In this document: positions 31,888 through 41,627 of the stretch, one piece after another
Layout of the letters: every line of letters begins with the position of its first letter
How positions within the stretch are numbered: the first letter of the stretch is position 1
Assembly: GCA_012735215.1 (NCBI GenBank)
Contig: JAAYHX010000005.1
Span: 2,017 to 66,016, forward strand
Direction: 5' to 3'
From: Tissierellia bacterium
GTDB taxonomy: Bacteria > Bacillota > Clostridia > Tissierellales > Tepidimicrobiaceae
Length of the DNA: 64,000 bases
The notes under the pieces: model-generated
The model's input: only the letters and a program-made list of their open reading frames with translations
Told to the model about the DNA's origin: nothing
The model's database searches: none
Translations under genes and position numbers: made by a program

Positions 31888-32072
31888 TTATTGCTTCCTC
31901 CTTCTCCTATATTTTAGGTTCTTTTTTTCATTTGGCACTCCTTGGTTTAAAGTTTTCATTTGGTCTTTACCAAGATTAACTATAATATCAGCTATAAAGC
32001 TGATGATCATCATTAATTTATTACCAAGTATTCAAATAAGCTAGTCCACATGGAAGAACTATAAAATCCTAT

Positions 32073-33293
32073 CTAGTCTTTTCTTAACCTGATCTGAATT
32101 CTTTCTGGTAGCAAACTTAGAACTGTAAAGTTCTTTTCCTTTACATCAACTGCAATTAGATGACTACCTTCTCCTAAGCCTTCTAGGTTCATCTCTATTT
32201 CAATGTCATCCTTCTTTAATGGTTCTAATACAGAGCTAAATCCCTGTATAGTCAATGAGAAGGGTGAACTCAGATCCTCTTCGTATATGGAAAGTCCTGC
32301 ACCCAAATTCACTATTTGAACATCCCTGAGAGTAAAGTCAAAAGACCTACTTACTATTTCTTCTACATTTAAACTTACTGTAACTTCTTGATCTGGATCC
32401 AATAACCTAACACCTTCTGGTATTTCTAGTTCTACCTTCATATTTTTATTAGTAGCCAACTCATTTATGTCTACAGGTACTGTAGATATTGATTCGATTT
32501 TATCGAGTACTTCTTCTCTTCCTACAATTTCAATTTTACTTGGGTTGGCTTTGATATCCACTATCTCATAACCATCTGGCAACTTGTTCATAGTCTGTAT
32601 TTCTATTGGAACACTTTTTACCCTATAAACAGGAATAGTTACATCCACAGAGCTCTGCTTTGTAGATATTCCTCTTACACTATTACCGTCGTCATCAACT
32701 AGCCTAATTGGCACATTTACATCTATATCATCAGTAATGCCTGTAACATCTACAGTAGCAACTACTTTCGATAAGGAATTGAGCCATGTGCTGGGGCCTT
32801 CAACAACCACAGATTGAGGCTTAACAGTTGGTGTTCCCAATACATAACCATCTGGCAATTCCCCTGCTGTTTCAACCGTTACAGGTCTTTCTCTGCTTAC
32901 AATCTTATCAAATTTGAAAAGGATTTCCTTTGGACTATAATCCTTGAGACTAACGCCAACTGGAACGTGAACATATACAGGTACCTTTACTTCACCAGTA
33001 CCATATCCACTTAAATCCACTTGAGCTATAATATCATCGGCTGATATCTTTATGACATCGGATCTTCTTCCAGTTATGGAAACTCTTATATCTATGTCAT
33101 TTAAGTTTTCTGGTTCTAATATAACTAAGCCTTGCCTCTCTAAGGAAGCTTGGTTTAGAACATTTACCTTTACACTTCTATATTCTTCCGTCCACATGGG
33201 ATTTACTTCACTCATAACATAGCTCCACAAGACAATGGCTATAATTAGAGCAAAGATCTTTAAGGTCCATTCACTTTTCTTCTCTTTGCCCAT
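32073..33293 (-). CDS. cdaR: YbbR-domain CdaA regulatory protein
   Basis: 406 aa. N-terminal TM helix plus repeated YbbR-like beta domains. Overlaps the cdaA stop by 23 nt. Confidence 0.85.
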   Translation of the reverse strand: MGKEKKSEWTLKIFALIIAIVLWSYVMSEVNPMWTEEYRSVKVNVLNQASLERQGLVILEPENLNDIDIRVSITGRRSDVIKISADDIIAQVDLSGYGTGEVKVPVYVHVPVGVSLKDYSPKEILFKFDKIVSRERPVTVETAGELPDGYVLGTPTVKPQSVVVEGPSTWLNSLSKVVATVDVTGITDDIDVNVPIRLVDDDGNSVRGISTKQSSVDVTIPVYRVKSVPIEIQTMNKLPDGYEIVDIKANPSKIEIVGREEVLDKIESISTVPVDINELATNKNMKVELEIPEGVRLLDPDQEVTVSLNVEEIVSRSFDFTLRDVQIVNLGAGLSIYEEDLSSPFSLTIQGFSSVLEPLKKDDIEIEMNLEGLGEGSHLIAVDVKEKNFTVLSLLPERIQIRLRKD

Positions 33294-34107
33294 ACTTTGC
33301 CCTCCATTTTGTAATAAATGATGGCTGTTGTTCTTTTGGCTTATACATGTCCATTAAAATCTGCTTCAATGTTTTTGAATCCAAATATCTAGCTAGACTA
33401 CCTCTTTCAGCCATGGAAATGGAGCCAGTCTCTTCCGAAACCACTATTACCAAACAATCTGATCTTTCTGAAATACCTAGAGCTGCCCTATGTCTTGTCC
33501 CTAAATCTTTGCTTAAAGATGTGTTGTCTGTTAAAGGAAGGAAACACCCAGCTGCTTTTATCTTATCATCCTTTATGATAACAGCACCGTCATGGAGAGG
33601 TGTATTTGGAATAAATATGTTTATAAGAAGGTCACTGGTAACATTGCCTTCAATCCTTGTCCCAGTTTCGACCACTTCACTCAATCCAGTTTCTCTTTCT
33701 ATAACAATTAAAGCTCCTATTTTCTGTCTGGAAAGAGAGGCTACTGCATCTACTATCTCATCAAAAACTTCATTTAAGCTTTCGCTTTTTATCTCCATAA
33801 AGGATTTAGTAAAAAATCTGCTTCTGCCAATATATTCTAACCCTCTTCTTAACTCTGGTTGGAATACTATTAAAATAGCTATAAGACCTACTGTCATAGT
33901 CGTGTCTAGTATCCAATTCAGGGTAAATAATTCAAGCCATTCGCTTACTTTAGTCAAAGCAAACAAGACAAAAATGCCCTTTATCAACTGTTCTGCTCTT
34001 GTTTCTCTGATTAACATCAGTATCTTATAAAAGGCCATAGCCACTATTAAAATATCAAATATATCCCTGATCCTAATATTTAAAAACAAATCCTTGAGGT
34101 ATTGCAA
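33271..34107 (-). CDS. cdaA: membrane diadenylate cyclase
   Basis: Three N-terminal TM helices plus a DAC domain with HDGAVII and GTRHRAA motifs. Confidence 0.93.
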   Translation of the reverse strand: MQYLKDLFLNIRIRDIFDILIVAMAFYKILMLIRETRAEQLIKGIFVLFALTKVSEWLELFTLNWILDTTMTVGLIAILIVFQPELRRGLEYIGRSRFFTKSFMEIKSESLNEVFDEIVDAVASLSRQKIGALIVIERETGLSEVVETGTRIEGNVTSDLLINIFIPNTPLHDGAVIIKDDKIKAAGCFLPLTDNTSLSKDLGTRHRAALGISERSDCLVIVVSEETGSISMAERGSLARYLDSKTLKQILMDMYKPKEQQPSFITKWRAKYGQREEK

Positions 34108-34222
34108 GGGTTACCCACCTTTAATTATTCTAAACAAAATATTTTGAACTCTATTACTATTATATATTAATTATAATATAATTCAAACCGTATTTTGACT
34201 AAATCATATTAAAAGTATATTG

Positions 34223-35422
34223 TCAATATATTGAAAATTCCGACATTATTTCCATAGTACTTTTGTAAGATTCATCTATTCTTGTTCTTTCCCCAGAGTT
34301 CAAGTTCATTAGGAGTTCATCATTATTTAAAAAGTCTTCTATTGGTATTATCTCATATTTAATCTTATTGTTTTGCTCGTATTTTCTAACCCAAGTAGGT
34401 ATATATTCTATATCCTTAATAGTTACTTGACCACTATTAAAATCTTTTTCTACTTGTATTTTTACCATAATCCCATCTTCTGTATATCTGTTCCCCATAG
34501 TGGACTTCCTCTGGTTTGATAGAAAGTTTCCCAAAGAGTAGATAACAAAATTATTCTTTCCTTCATATTCTATTATTTGGCTTTTCTGTATGACATGAGG
34601 ATGGCTACCCAGTATTATATTTGCCCCCCATTCAACCATTTTCCTAGCCAATTCTACTTGATACTCATTTGGCTCCCTCTCATACTCATTTCCCCAATGG
34701 ATCACCACAGAAACTAAATCACTTCCCATGGATTTGGCTCTGGCTATATCATCTTTTATCTTCTCCTCATCTATTGTACTTACCATATAGGACCTTTCTT
34801 CCTCAGTTAACAAATTTTCCAATCCATTATATCCATAGCAGTAAGATAAAAACGCTATCTTTATTTCATTGACTTCCTCTATTAATATATTCTCCCCTGG
34901 CTCTTTATATGTTCCAATGTTTTTCAACCCATGGCTTTGAATATTATCAATGGTGTTTATAATGCCCTGCTTACCCTGATCCAGAGCATGGTTATTGCCA
35001 GTATTAAGTATGTCAAACCCAGTTTCCTTAAGAGTTGATATGGTCTCCACAGGTGAGTTGAATCTAGGATAGCCTGATACTCCAAACTCATTACCGTAGG
35101 CTACGCTTTCAAAATTTGCTATAGCCAAATCGGCTGATTCAATGTGCTCTTTTACATATCTAAATACATCTGTAAAATCATAGGATTTAGAAGTTGAACT
35201 GTAGGCTGCTCTAATTTGAGGCATGTGAAACATTACATCTCCAACAGCCAATATTGTTGCCTCTGTCTTTTTTTCCTCCTCTACTTGATCTTCAAGCTCT
35301 TGTGGTATATCCATCTCATTGCCCCTATCAGGTTTAAGAAGGTTCGTCCAATTATCATTGAAAGAGATAAACCCTAATAATCCTACTAATATTATTAGAA
35401 AAACTAAAAGTGTTTTTTTCAT
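34223..35422 (-). CDS. CapA-family (PGA_cap) metallophosphatase-like membrane-anchored protein
   Basis: 399 aa. N-terminal TM anchor. Calcineurin-like motifs (GDVMFH, GNNH, HWGNEY, GSHPH). Confidence 0.8.
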   Translation of the reverse strand: MKKTLLVFLIILVGLLGFISFNDNWTNLLKPDRGNEMDIPQELEDQVEEEKKTEATILAVGDVMFHMPQIRAAYSSTSKSYDFTDVFRYVKEHIESADLAIANFESVAYGNEFGVSGYPRFNSPVETISTLKETGFDILNTGNNHALDQGKQGIINTIDNIQSHGLKNIGTYKEPGENILIEEVNEIKIAFLSYCYGYNGLENLLTEEERSYMVSTIDEEKIKDDIARAKSMGSDLVSVVIHWGNEYEREPNEYQVELARKMVEWGANIILGSHPHVIQKSQIIEYEGKNNFVIYSLGNFLSNQRKSTMGNRYTEDGIMVKIQVEKDFNSGQVTIKDIEYIPTWVRKYEQNNKIKYEIIPIEDFLNNDELLMNLNSGERTRIDESYKSTMEIMSEFSIY

Positions 35423-35487
35423 AAACTTACCTCTCTTTATTTTTTATTCTAATTATATTCTAATCTTTTTATATGGAATAATAAACA

Positions 35488-36198
35488 TTAATTATCTTTA
35501 CTTATGTCCAATTTTCTATTTATTGAGTCATAGATAAACTTGCTTAATTTCCTTTGATTTATCCACCAGATATATATTACATATGGAACAAACAATACAC
35601 TTAGCTGAGGTATACCAGAAGACAATATAAAATTAAAGGCCCCGTGGAGTAGAATAGGCATGTAAAGGGATCTTCTTAAGTTTATCTTTTTATCTTCTTC
35701 ATCTGTATTGAACTTGGCTAGTGATAAATAGTAGCCCATTGTGATGGCAAAGACTCCATGAGCAGGTACTGAAAAAATGCCCCTGTACAGCCCAACATGA
35801 GGATTGTTTGCATACCTAAATACTACATATACTATGTTTTCCACCGTTGCAAATCCCATGGAGGCAAATACACTATATACAATCCCATCTAAGCGTTCAT
35901 TAAAATATTCAGTTTTGTAGGGTACCTTCAACACTATTAATCTCTTAAAATACTCTTCTGTCAAGCCTGCAACGATAAAAGATGTATAGAAAGCATATAA
36001 CAAATCTGAATTAAATAGGACATTTATTCTAAGGAGGAATTCTTCAACTATAATAATAGGAATTACTGATAAAGCCCCTAAAACATAGGTAAGTAATAGT
36101 ATTTTAAATGGCTCCCTATCATATCTGTCACTTAAGTATAAACCTATGATTATCACTATAGCTGGGGTTATTGCTATAATAAACAATCTTATACTCAA
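35488..36198 (-). CDS. prsW: PrsW-family intramembrane glutamic/metalloprotease
   Basis: Multi-TM protein with EE..K and HG.FN motifs (TEEYFKR, HGAFNF). Start set to TTG 36198, 5 nt after GGAGGTG; the track start at 36222 is an upstream TTG. Confidence 0.8.
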   Translation of the reverse strand: MSIRLFIIAITPAIVIIIGLYLSDRYDREPFKILLLTYVLGALSVIPIIIVEEFLLRINVLFNSDLLYAFYTSFIVAGLTEEYFKRLIVLKVPYKTEYFNERLDGIVYSVFASMGFATVENIVYVVFRYANNPHVGLYRGIFSVPAHGVFAITMGYYLSLAKFNTDEEDKKINLRRSLYMPILLHGAFNFILSSGIPQLSVLFVPYVIYIWWINQRKLSKFIYDSINRKLDISKDN

Positions 36199-36302
36199 TA
36201 TATCACCTCCAAAAAGTATCAAAAGTACTAAAGTATATTATTAGTATTGTTAAGGAAAATAATCCAAGGGATTAATTACAAAAACCGTCATATTATTCAA
36301 TA

Positions 36303-36338
36303 CAAAAATGTAAAAAGGCCTTCTACCTAGGCCTTTTT
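36303..36338 (-). terminator. intrinsic terminator after the HPr-like gene
   Basis: Stem AAAAAGGCC/GGCCTTTTT with a 9-nt loop. UUUUU follows on the minus strand. Confidence 0.75.
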
Positions 36339-36388
36339 ACATGGGATAATTGAATAATTTCCATATAATACCTTTTAAATTAGTATTA

Positions 36389-36667
36389 CTATGAAGTTTT
36401 ACCTTCACTATGAAAATCCTTTCTTAGCAAATCCACCAAAGCTTTAATCGCCTCTTCCTCATCAGTACCTTCAGCCTTTACAAAAATTCTGTCTCCATTT
36501 AATGCTCCTATAGTCAAGATGCCCATGATGCTTTTTCCACTGTATTCCTTACCATTTTTAACTACTGTTACCTGGGATTTAAAGCTAGAAGCTTTCTTTA
36601 CAAACTTGCCTGCAAATCTAGAGCTAAATTCTGTCTTGTCAGCCAGTACTACCTCTACTTTTGCCAC
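36389..36667 (-). CDS. HPr-like phosphocarrier paralogue lacking His15 (Crh-like)
   Basis: 92 aa. Aligns without gaps to B. subtilis HPr through residue 49. Position 15 is Ser (TEFSSRFAG against SGIHARPAT). Arg17 and the Ser46 context GKSIMG are retained. Confidence 0.8.
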   Translation of the reverse strand: MAKVEVVLADKTEFSSRFAGKFVKKASSFKSQVTVVKNGKEYSGKSIMGILTIGALNGDRIFVKAEGTDEEEAIKALVDLLRKDFHSEGKTS

Positions 36668-36782
36668 AGAAGTATTCCTCCTTATTATAATGTATAAGTT
36701 CTTCCTTTGTATTCTAGGGTATAATGAAGCCTATTAACTCACATGTAGAAGACTTTGCATTGCTGTGAAAATGTTTTCATAA

Positions 36783-36810
36783 TAAAATAAGGTGCTAATC
36801 AGCACCTTAT
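36783..36810 (-). terminator. terminator after rubrerythrin
   Basis: Stem AAGGTGC/GCACCTT overlapping the stop codon, with a U-rich tail on the minus strand. Confidence 0.6.
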
Positions 36811-37355
36811 TAATATTCCTTAAACAGCTCCTTTTTAACATTGCAAAGAGGACAATTATCTTCTTCACCAGTCAAACTTATGAAACCGCATATAGGGCAT
36901 AGATAGATTTTTTCAGCCTCTAAATCCTTACCACTATCTACAGCTTCCTTAGCCTTGGTAAATAGCTCTGCATGGACTTTTTCTGCCTCAATTGCATACT
37001 TCATAGCTCTTACTGCTTCCTTTTCACCTTGCATCTCAGCAACTGCAATATATGCTGGATACATTTGTGTATATTCAAAAGTTTCTCCTCCTATAGCTCC
37101 TTCTAGGTTTTCAGATGTTGATTGGTAACCAAACTCTGCACCTGAAGTTACGTTGAAACCTCCTACTTCATCCTTTAGGGCCTTAAAATGTAAGGTAGCA
37201 TGCACTTGTTCTGCATCAGATGTTGCCATAAAAAGTCTAGCTACTGTTGGGAAGCCGTCCTTCTCTGCCTTTTCTGCCCATATTCTATATCTCATGTGAG
37301 CGTGGCTTTCTCCCCCAAATGCTGATCTTAAATTTTCTGCTGTCATCTTGTTCAT
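36810..37355 (-). CDS. rbr: rubrerythrin
   Basis: Diiron ferritin-like domain with ExxH motifs (GESHAH, EAEKVH), plus a C-terminal rubredoxin-like CPICG...CPLC. Confidence 0.92.
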   Translation of the reverse strand: MNKMTAENLRSAFGGESHAHMRYRIWAEKAEKDGFPTVARLFMATSDAEQVHATLHFKALKDEVGGFNVTSGAEFGYQSTSENLEGAIGGETFEYTQMYPAYIAVAEMQGEKEAVRAMKYAIEAEKVHAELFTKAKEAVDSGKDLEAEKIYLCPICGFISLTGEEDNCPLCNVKKELFKEY

Positions 37356-37490
37356 ATGTATTCCCCCTTTATATATATTTGTATTCTATGTACATATCTA
37401 TCACATTATTATGTATATAATATTATACCATAATAATGAAAAAAAGCTAACAGTTATTAAACAATAATAGCAGAGGTTTTCCCTCCGCTA

Positions 37491-38063
37491 TTAATAGTAT
37501 TTTCTCCTATCTAACTCCTCCTGAACTATCCTAAGGGCTTCTCCAAATCTTTGGAAATGCACAATTTCTCTTTGCCTTAAAAATCTTAGAGCATCTTTTA
37601 CACCAGGATCATCACATATATTTATAAGCCACTCATAGGTAGCCCTTGCCTTTTCCTCTGCTGCCATATCTTCATGAAGATCAGCAATAGGATCCCCTTT
37701 TGAGTTTATAAAAGCTGCTGTCCAAGGCACTCCAGAGGCGTCATGAGGATATGGACTTTTGCCATGGTTTACATAGTGTGCTTCGAAGGGTGTTCCTTTT
37801 ATCTGCTCTATAGGTGCATCTTTTACTAGCTTCCATACTATGGTACCTATTATCTCCCAGTGGGCTAGCTCTTCCGTACCTATATCTGTAAGTAGAGCTT
37901 TTGCCTGATTAGTTGGCATAGCCCATCTCTGGGTAAGATAGCGAATACCAGCTGATAACTCCCCATCTGCCCCACCGAATTGCTCTATTATCATTTGGGC
38001 TAAAGCTGGATTGGTGGTATCTACTCTAACCGGATATTGTAATTTCTTTTCATATATCCACAT
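37491..38063 (-). CDS. cotJC: spore coat protein CotJC (Mn-catalase-like ferritin fold)
   Basis: 190 aa. The conserved CotJC N-terminus MWIYEKKLQYPV. Third gene of the cotJABC order. Confidence 0.9.
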   Translation of the reverse strand: MWIYEKKLQYPVRVDTTNPALAQMIIEQFGGADGELSAGIRYLTQRWAMPTNQAKALLTDIGTEELAHWEIIGTIVWKLVKDAPIEQIKGTPFEAHYVNHGKSPYPHDASGVPWTAAFINSKGDPIADLHEDMAAEEKARATYEWLINICDDPGVKDALRFLRQREIVHFQRFGEALRIVQEELDRRKYY

Positions 38064-38077
38064 GCCTTTCCCTCCTC

Positions 38078-38335
38078 TTATAGATCAAAGTCTATCTCCC
38101 AAGGCCAGGGTCCATTTATATAGGCCCAGGGACACCCACTCATCTGATTATTTTTTAGGGGACCATATTTTGCTTGATATAAGGAAACCAGTTGGCTATA
38201 CTTTTGAGAAAAGCCATTGTGCAATTTTAAAGCCTCCTCATCATAGGGATGGGTATCTAAATACAAGGCAGTCTCTACTAAAGCAAAACTGTAGTCCATT
38301 ATTTCCTTTAATAGCATCTTCTGCTCTCTATCCAT
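38078..38335 (-). CDS. cotJB: spore coat protein CotJB
   Basis: 85 aa. Typical CotJB sequence (LYLDTHP...AL). Overlaps cotJA by 8 nt. Confidence 0.85.
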   Translation of the reverse strand: MDREQKMLLKEIMDYSFALVETALYLDTHPYDEEALKLHNGFSQKYSQLVSLYQAKYGPLKNNQMSGCPWAYINGPWPWEIDFDL

Positions 38336-38513
38336 AATATCCGCCTCCTACTACTTCTCTTGTCTTCTCATCATAGGGCATATACAGTTCTGGGAATAAG
38401 GTGCCCTTTCTAAGAGCTTCAGACGGACTATATATCTGATTGAGCCTCTGGAATGGTACATATGCTCTAGCTAGTAACATATTTCTACTTCTATCATAAT
38501 GATTTCCATTCAT
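38328..38513 (-). CDS. cotJA: spore coat-associated protein CotJA
   Basis: 61 aa. ARAYVPFQ...GTLFPEL motif. First gene of the cotJ operon. Confidence 0.8.
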   Translation of the reverse strand: MNGNHYDRSRNMLLARAYVPFQRLNQIYSPSEALRKGTLFPELYMPYDEKTREVVGGGYYG

Positions 38514-38582
38514 GTCTATCCTCCTAACCCTATGGATTTGCTTTCACTACATACTACGTAGGTAAAAATAATTTGTTACAAT

Positions 38583-38625
38583 AAAAAAAGCTTCCTTCGA
38601 ACTTATAACCGAAGAAGCTTTTTTT
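38583..38625 (-). terminator. intrinsic terminator after oppF
   Basis: Stem AAGCTTC(C)TTCG/CGAAGAAGCTT flanked by A7/T6 runs. A second perfect hairpin AAGGTTGAAAT/ATTTCAACCTT lies at 38641-38668, between it and the oppF stop. Confidence 0.75.
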
Positions 38626-38672
38626 ATCCATCATATGAAAGGTTGAAATGTTTCCATTTCAACCTTTTTATA

Positions 38673-39665
38673 CTATTTTGTTGGCTTTGCCTTACCCTCT
38701 AGTATATCTTTAGCTCTATGACAAGCAACATAGTGATCTTTTACTATTTCTGTAAACTCTGGTGCCTTTCCCTTACATTGCTCAATAGCATAAGGACATC
38801 TATCTACAAACCTACAAGTATCTGCTGGATCAATGGGGCTTGGAACATCTCCTTCCAACATAATCCTATGTCTGCTTCTTTGTACCTCTGGATCTGGTAT
38901 AGGTATAGCAGACAACAAGGCCTTTGTATAAGGATGGATTGGATTCTCATACAACTCCTCTGATTTTGCTAACTCCATCATATGTCCAAGGTACATAACT
39001 CCAACTCTATCTGAAATATACCTAACCATTGATAAATCATGGGCTATAAATAAGTAGGTAATGCCCATTTCTTCTTGTAGTTCCTTCAATAAGTTTACAA
39101 CTTGAGCCTGTATTGAAACGTCCAAAGCAGATATGGGCTCGTCACAAACTATGAACTTTGGATTTAGAGCTAATGCTCTTGCTATACCTATTCTTTGACG
39201 TTGTCCACCAGAAAACTCGTGAGGGAAACGACTAGCATGTTCTTCATTTAATCCAACTAGTTTTAATAACTCAATCACTCTATTGTGGCGCTCCGCATGA
39301 CTCTTATATGCCTTGTGTATGTCTAAAGGCTCTGCTATTATATCTTCTACAGTCATCCTAGGATTTAAGGATGCATATGGGTCTTGGAATATCATTTGAA
39401 AGTCTTTTCTAACCTCTTGCATCTCACGGCTAGAAAGGTCATAAACACTCTTTCCATTAAATAATACCTGTCCTCCTGATGGTTCATAAAGTCTAATAAT
39501 GGTTCTACCTGCTGTTGACTTTCCACATCCAGATTCTCCAACCAACCCAAAAGTCTCTCCTGGGTAGATATCAAAACTGATCCCATCTACTGCCTTTAAA
39601 GTCTTTCCTCCGCCCACATCAAAGTATTTCTTTACATTTCTTACTGAAATCAATGGTTCAGCCAT
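38673..39665 (-). CDS. oppF: oligopeptide ABC transporter ATP-binding protein
   Basis: Walker A GESGCGKST, signature FSGGQRQR, C-terminal oligo_HPY extension. Confidence 0.9.
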   Translation of the reverse strand: MAEPLISVRNVKKYFDVGGGKTLKAVDGISFDIYPGETFGLVGESGCGKSTAGRTIIRLYEPSGGQVLFNGKSVYDLSSREMQEVRKDFQMIFQDPYASLNPRMTVEDIIAEPLDIHKAYKSHAERHNRVIELLKLVGLNEEHASRFPHEFSGGQRQRIGIARALALNPKFIVCDEPISALDVSIQAQVVNLLKELQEEMGITYLFIAHDLSMVRYISDRVGVMYLGHMMELAKSEELYENPIHPYTKALLSAIPIPDPEVQRSRHRIMLEGDVPSPIDPADTCRFVDRCPYAIEQCKGKAPEFTEIVKDHYVACHRAKDILEGKAKPTK

Positions 39666-40669
39666 TAAGCTTCACTCCCTTCAGCCACACCTTTTGCCAT
39701 TGGGTGGTTCAACCAACAACAACTATAATGTGTATCTGTATGATAATCTCTTTGTGGCATATGATCCTTACAAATGATCATTGCTTCGTCACATCTATCG
39801 TAGAAGGGGCATCCCTTAGGAGGTTTATATAAATCAGGAGGTGTTCCCTCGATAGAGTGTAACATTTCAGATCTGCTCATATCTAAGCGTGGAACACTAC
39901 CTAATAGTTTTCTAGTATAAGGATGTTTTGGATTCTTAAATATTTCATATACTGTACCCTCTTCCATTAGCTGCCCACCATACATTACAATAACTCTATC
40001 ACACATGTCTGCAACTACACCCAAGTCATGAGTGATTAAAATAATGGAAGTACCAAGTTTATCTTGAATTTGCTTCATAAGATCTAGAATCTGCGCTTGA
40101 ACGGTTACGTCCAAAGCTGTGGTAGGCTCATCAGCAATTAATAGCTCTGGATTTGATACCATTGCAAGGGCGATCATAGCTCTTTGACGCATCCCACCTG
40201 AGAATTCATGGGGATACTGTCTTATCCTCTTCTCTGGTTGAGGTACAGATACTAAGTTTAACATTTCAATAGCTTTCTTTTCTGCCTCTGTTTTACTAAG
40301 TTTTTGATGCTTTATCAATCCCTCCACTATCTGATTTCCAATTCTCATAGTAGGATTTAGGGATGTCATTGGATCCTGAAATATCATAGATATTTTATTC
40401 CCACGTATTTTTTGCATTTCTTTTTCGCTTTTTTGTACTATATCTTCACCTTCAAACAGGATTTGGCCTCTCTTATAGAATGCAGGTGGCATAGGAAGAA
40501 GTTGCATGATAGAGCTTGCTGTTACGCTCTTCCCGCAGCCTGATTCTCCCACTAGGGCTACAGTTTCGCCTTTGTTTACATGAAAGCTTACTCCACGTAC
40601 CGCTTCAACTTCCCCAAAAAAGGTTTGGAAGGATACTGCTAAATCTTTTACCTCTAGTAATTTTTCCAT
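39665..40669 (-). CDS. oppD: oligopeptide ABC transporter ATP-binding protein
   Basis: Walker A GESGCGKSV, signature FSGGMRQR, C-terminal Cys-rich oligo_HPY domain. Confidence 0.9.
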   Translation of the reverse strand: MEKLLEVKDLAVSFQTFFGEVEAVRGVSFHVNKGETVALVGESGCGKSVTASSIMQLLPMPPAFYKRGQILFEGEDIVQKSEKEMQKIRGNKISMIFQDPMTSLNPTMRIGNQIVEGLIKHQKLSKTEAEKKAIEMLNLVSVPQPEKRIRQYPHEFSGGMRQRAMIALAMVSNPELLIADEPTTALDVTVQAQILDLMKQIQDKLGTSIILITHDLGVVADMCDRVIVMYGGQLMEEGTVYEIFKNPKHPYTRKLLGSVPRLDMSRSEMLHSIEGTPPDLYKPPKGCPFYDRCDEAMIICKDHMPQRDYHTDTHYSCCWLNHPMAKGVAEGSEA

Positions 40670-40683
40670 ATTTCCACCTCTTT

Positions 40684-41625
40684 CTATTTGCGTAATCTTG
40701 GATCTAGTGCATCTCTTAAACCATCACCTAATACATTGAATGAAAACATGATAAGTGAAATAAATATAGATGGTATCAATATCTGATAAAAGAGTCCTAT
40801 TGGCATTACAGCTAATCCATCGTTTGCCAATGTTCCCAAGCTTGGGCTTGGTGGCTGTAAGCCTAATCCCATGAAGCTTAAAGTTGCTTCTGAAAATATT
40901 GCTCTAGGAATTGTCAATGTTACATTAACTAGAATAGGACCTAATGTATTAGGTATTATATGTTTTTTCAATATCCATCCACTAGTAGCGCCTAAGGATT
41001 CGGATGCTAAAGAATATTCAGATTCCTTAAGCTGAAGCACCTGCCCTCTTACTAAGTTGGCCATTGGTACCCATCCAGTAATAGTCATAGCTAATATTAG
41101 AACGAACATAGATGTACCGGAACCAGCAGTTGAGAAAACTACTGAAATCAGTACAACTACAAGCATATAAGGTATACTATATACAACCTCTGCTATACGC
41201 ATCATCACAGCATCTACCTTGCGTGACGCCATACCAGCAATTCCACCATATATAACACCAATACCAAAGTCTATAAGTGCTGCAGCAATTCCTATCAACA
41301 AGGAATATCTTGTACCTAACCATACTCTACTGAATAAGTCTCTTCCTAGTTCGTCTGTACCAAACCAAAATTCATTATTAGGTCTAACATTAACCTGAGA
41401 ATAATCCTGTTCATAATAATTATGGCCACTTAGTCCTGGACCAATAAGGGACATAATACCCATTAAAATTAGAATGATCAGTCCAACCATAGCTAATTTA
41501 TTAAGCTTCAATCTGCGCCATACGTCAGCCCAATATTTAATAGTAGGACGTTTTATCTGTTCAGCATTACGACTATCCTTTGGAGCCTTCTTAAACATGT
41601 CCTTAGTATAAGTTACTTGTTCCAT
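40684..41625 (-). CDS. oppC: oligopeptide ABC transporter permease
   Basis: 313 aa. BPD_transp_1 permease with an OppC-type N-terminus. Confidence 0.88.
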   Translation of the reverse strand: MEQVTYTKDMFKKAPKDSRNAEQIKRPTIKYWADVWRRLKLNKLAMVGLIILILMGIMSLIGPGLSGHNYYEQDYSQVNVRPNNEFWFGTDELGRDLFSRVWLGTRYSLLIGIAAALIDFGIGVIYGGIAGMASRKVDAVMMRIAEVVYSIPYMLVVVLISVVFSTAGSGTSMFVLILAMTITGWVPMANLVRGQVLQLKESEYSLASESLGATSGWILKKHIIPNTLGPILVNVTLTIPRAIFSEATLSFMGLGLQPPSPSLGTLANDGLAVMPIGLFYQILIPSIFISLIMFSFNVLGDGLRDALDPRLRK

Positions 41626-41627
41626 TC

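Noticed and set aside
31888-32000. Upstream mini-ORFs in the ptb leader: MKKRT* behind an AAGGAG, and a 23-codon ORF whose stop overlaps the ptb ATG.
   Set aside because: Such short ORFs arise easily by chance in AT-rich leaders. No associated terminator or antiterminator structure was found, so the evidence does not support calling a leader peptide.
33347-34030. Long plus-strand ORFs antisense to minus-strand genes, for example 33347..34030 (227 aa), 8309..8887 (192 aa), 42205..42594, 20765..21136, 15044..15400, 53221..53553, 63345..63692.
   Set aside because: Each lies entirely inside a confidently identified gene on the opposite strand. Their composition is low-complexity and Ser/Leu/Ile/Phe-rich, and none has an RBS. 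These are typical shadow ORFs of AT-rich genomes.
39392-39586. Same-strand alternative-frame ORFs inside oppF (39392..39586) and inside the permease gene (58446..58640, 58668..58865).
   Set aside because: They are embedded out of frame in genes with clear ABC or TM signatures, and nothing independent supports them.
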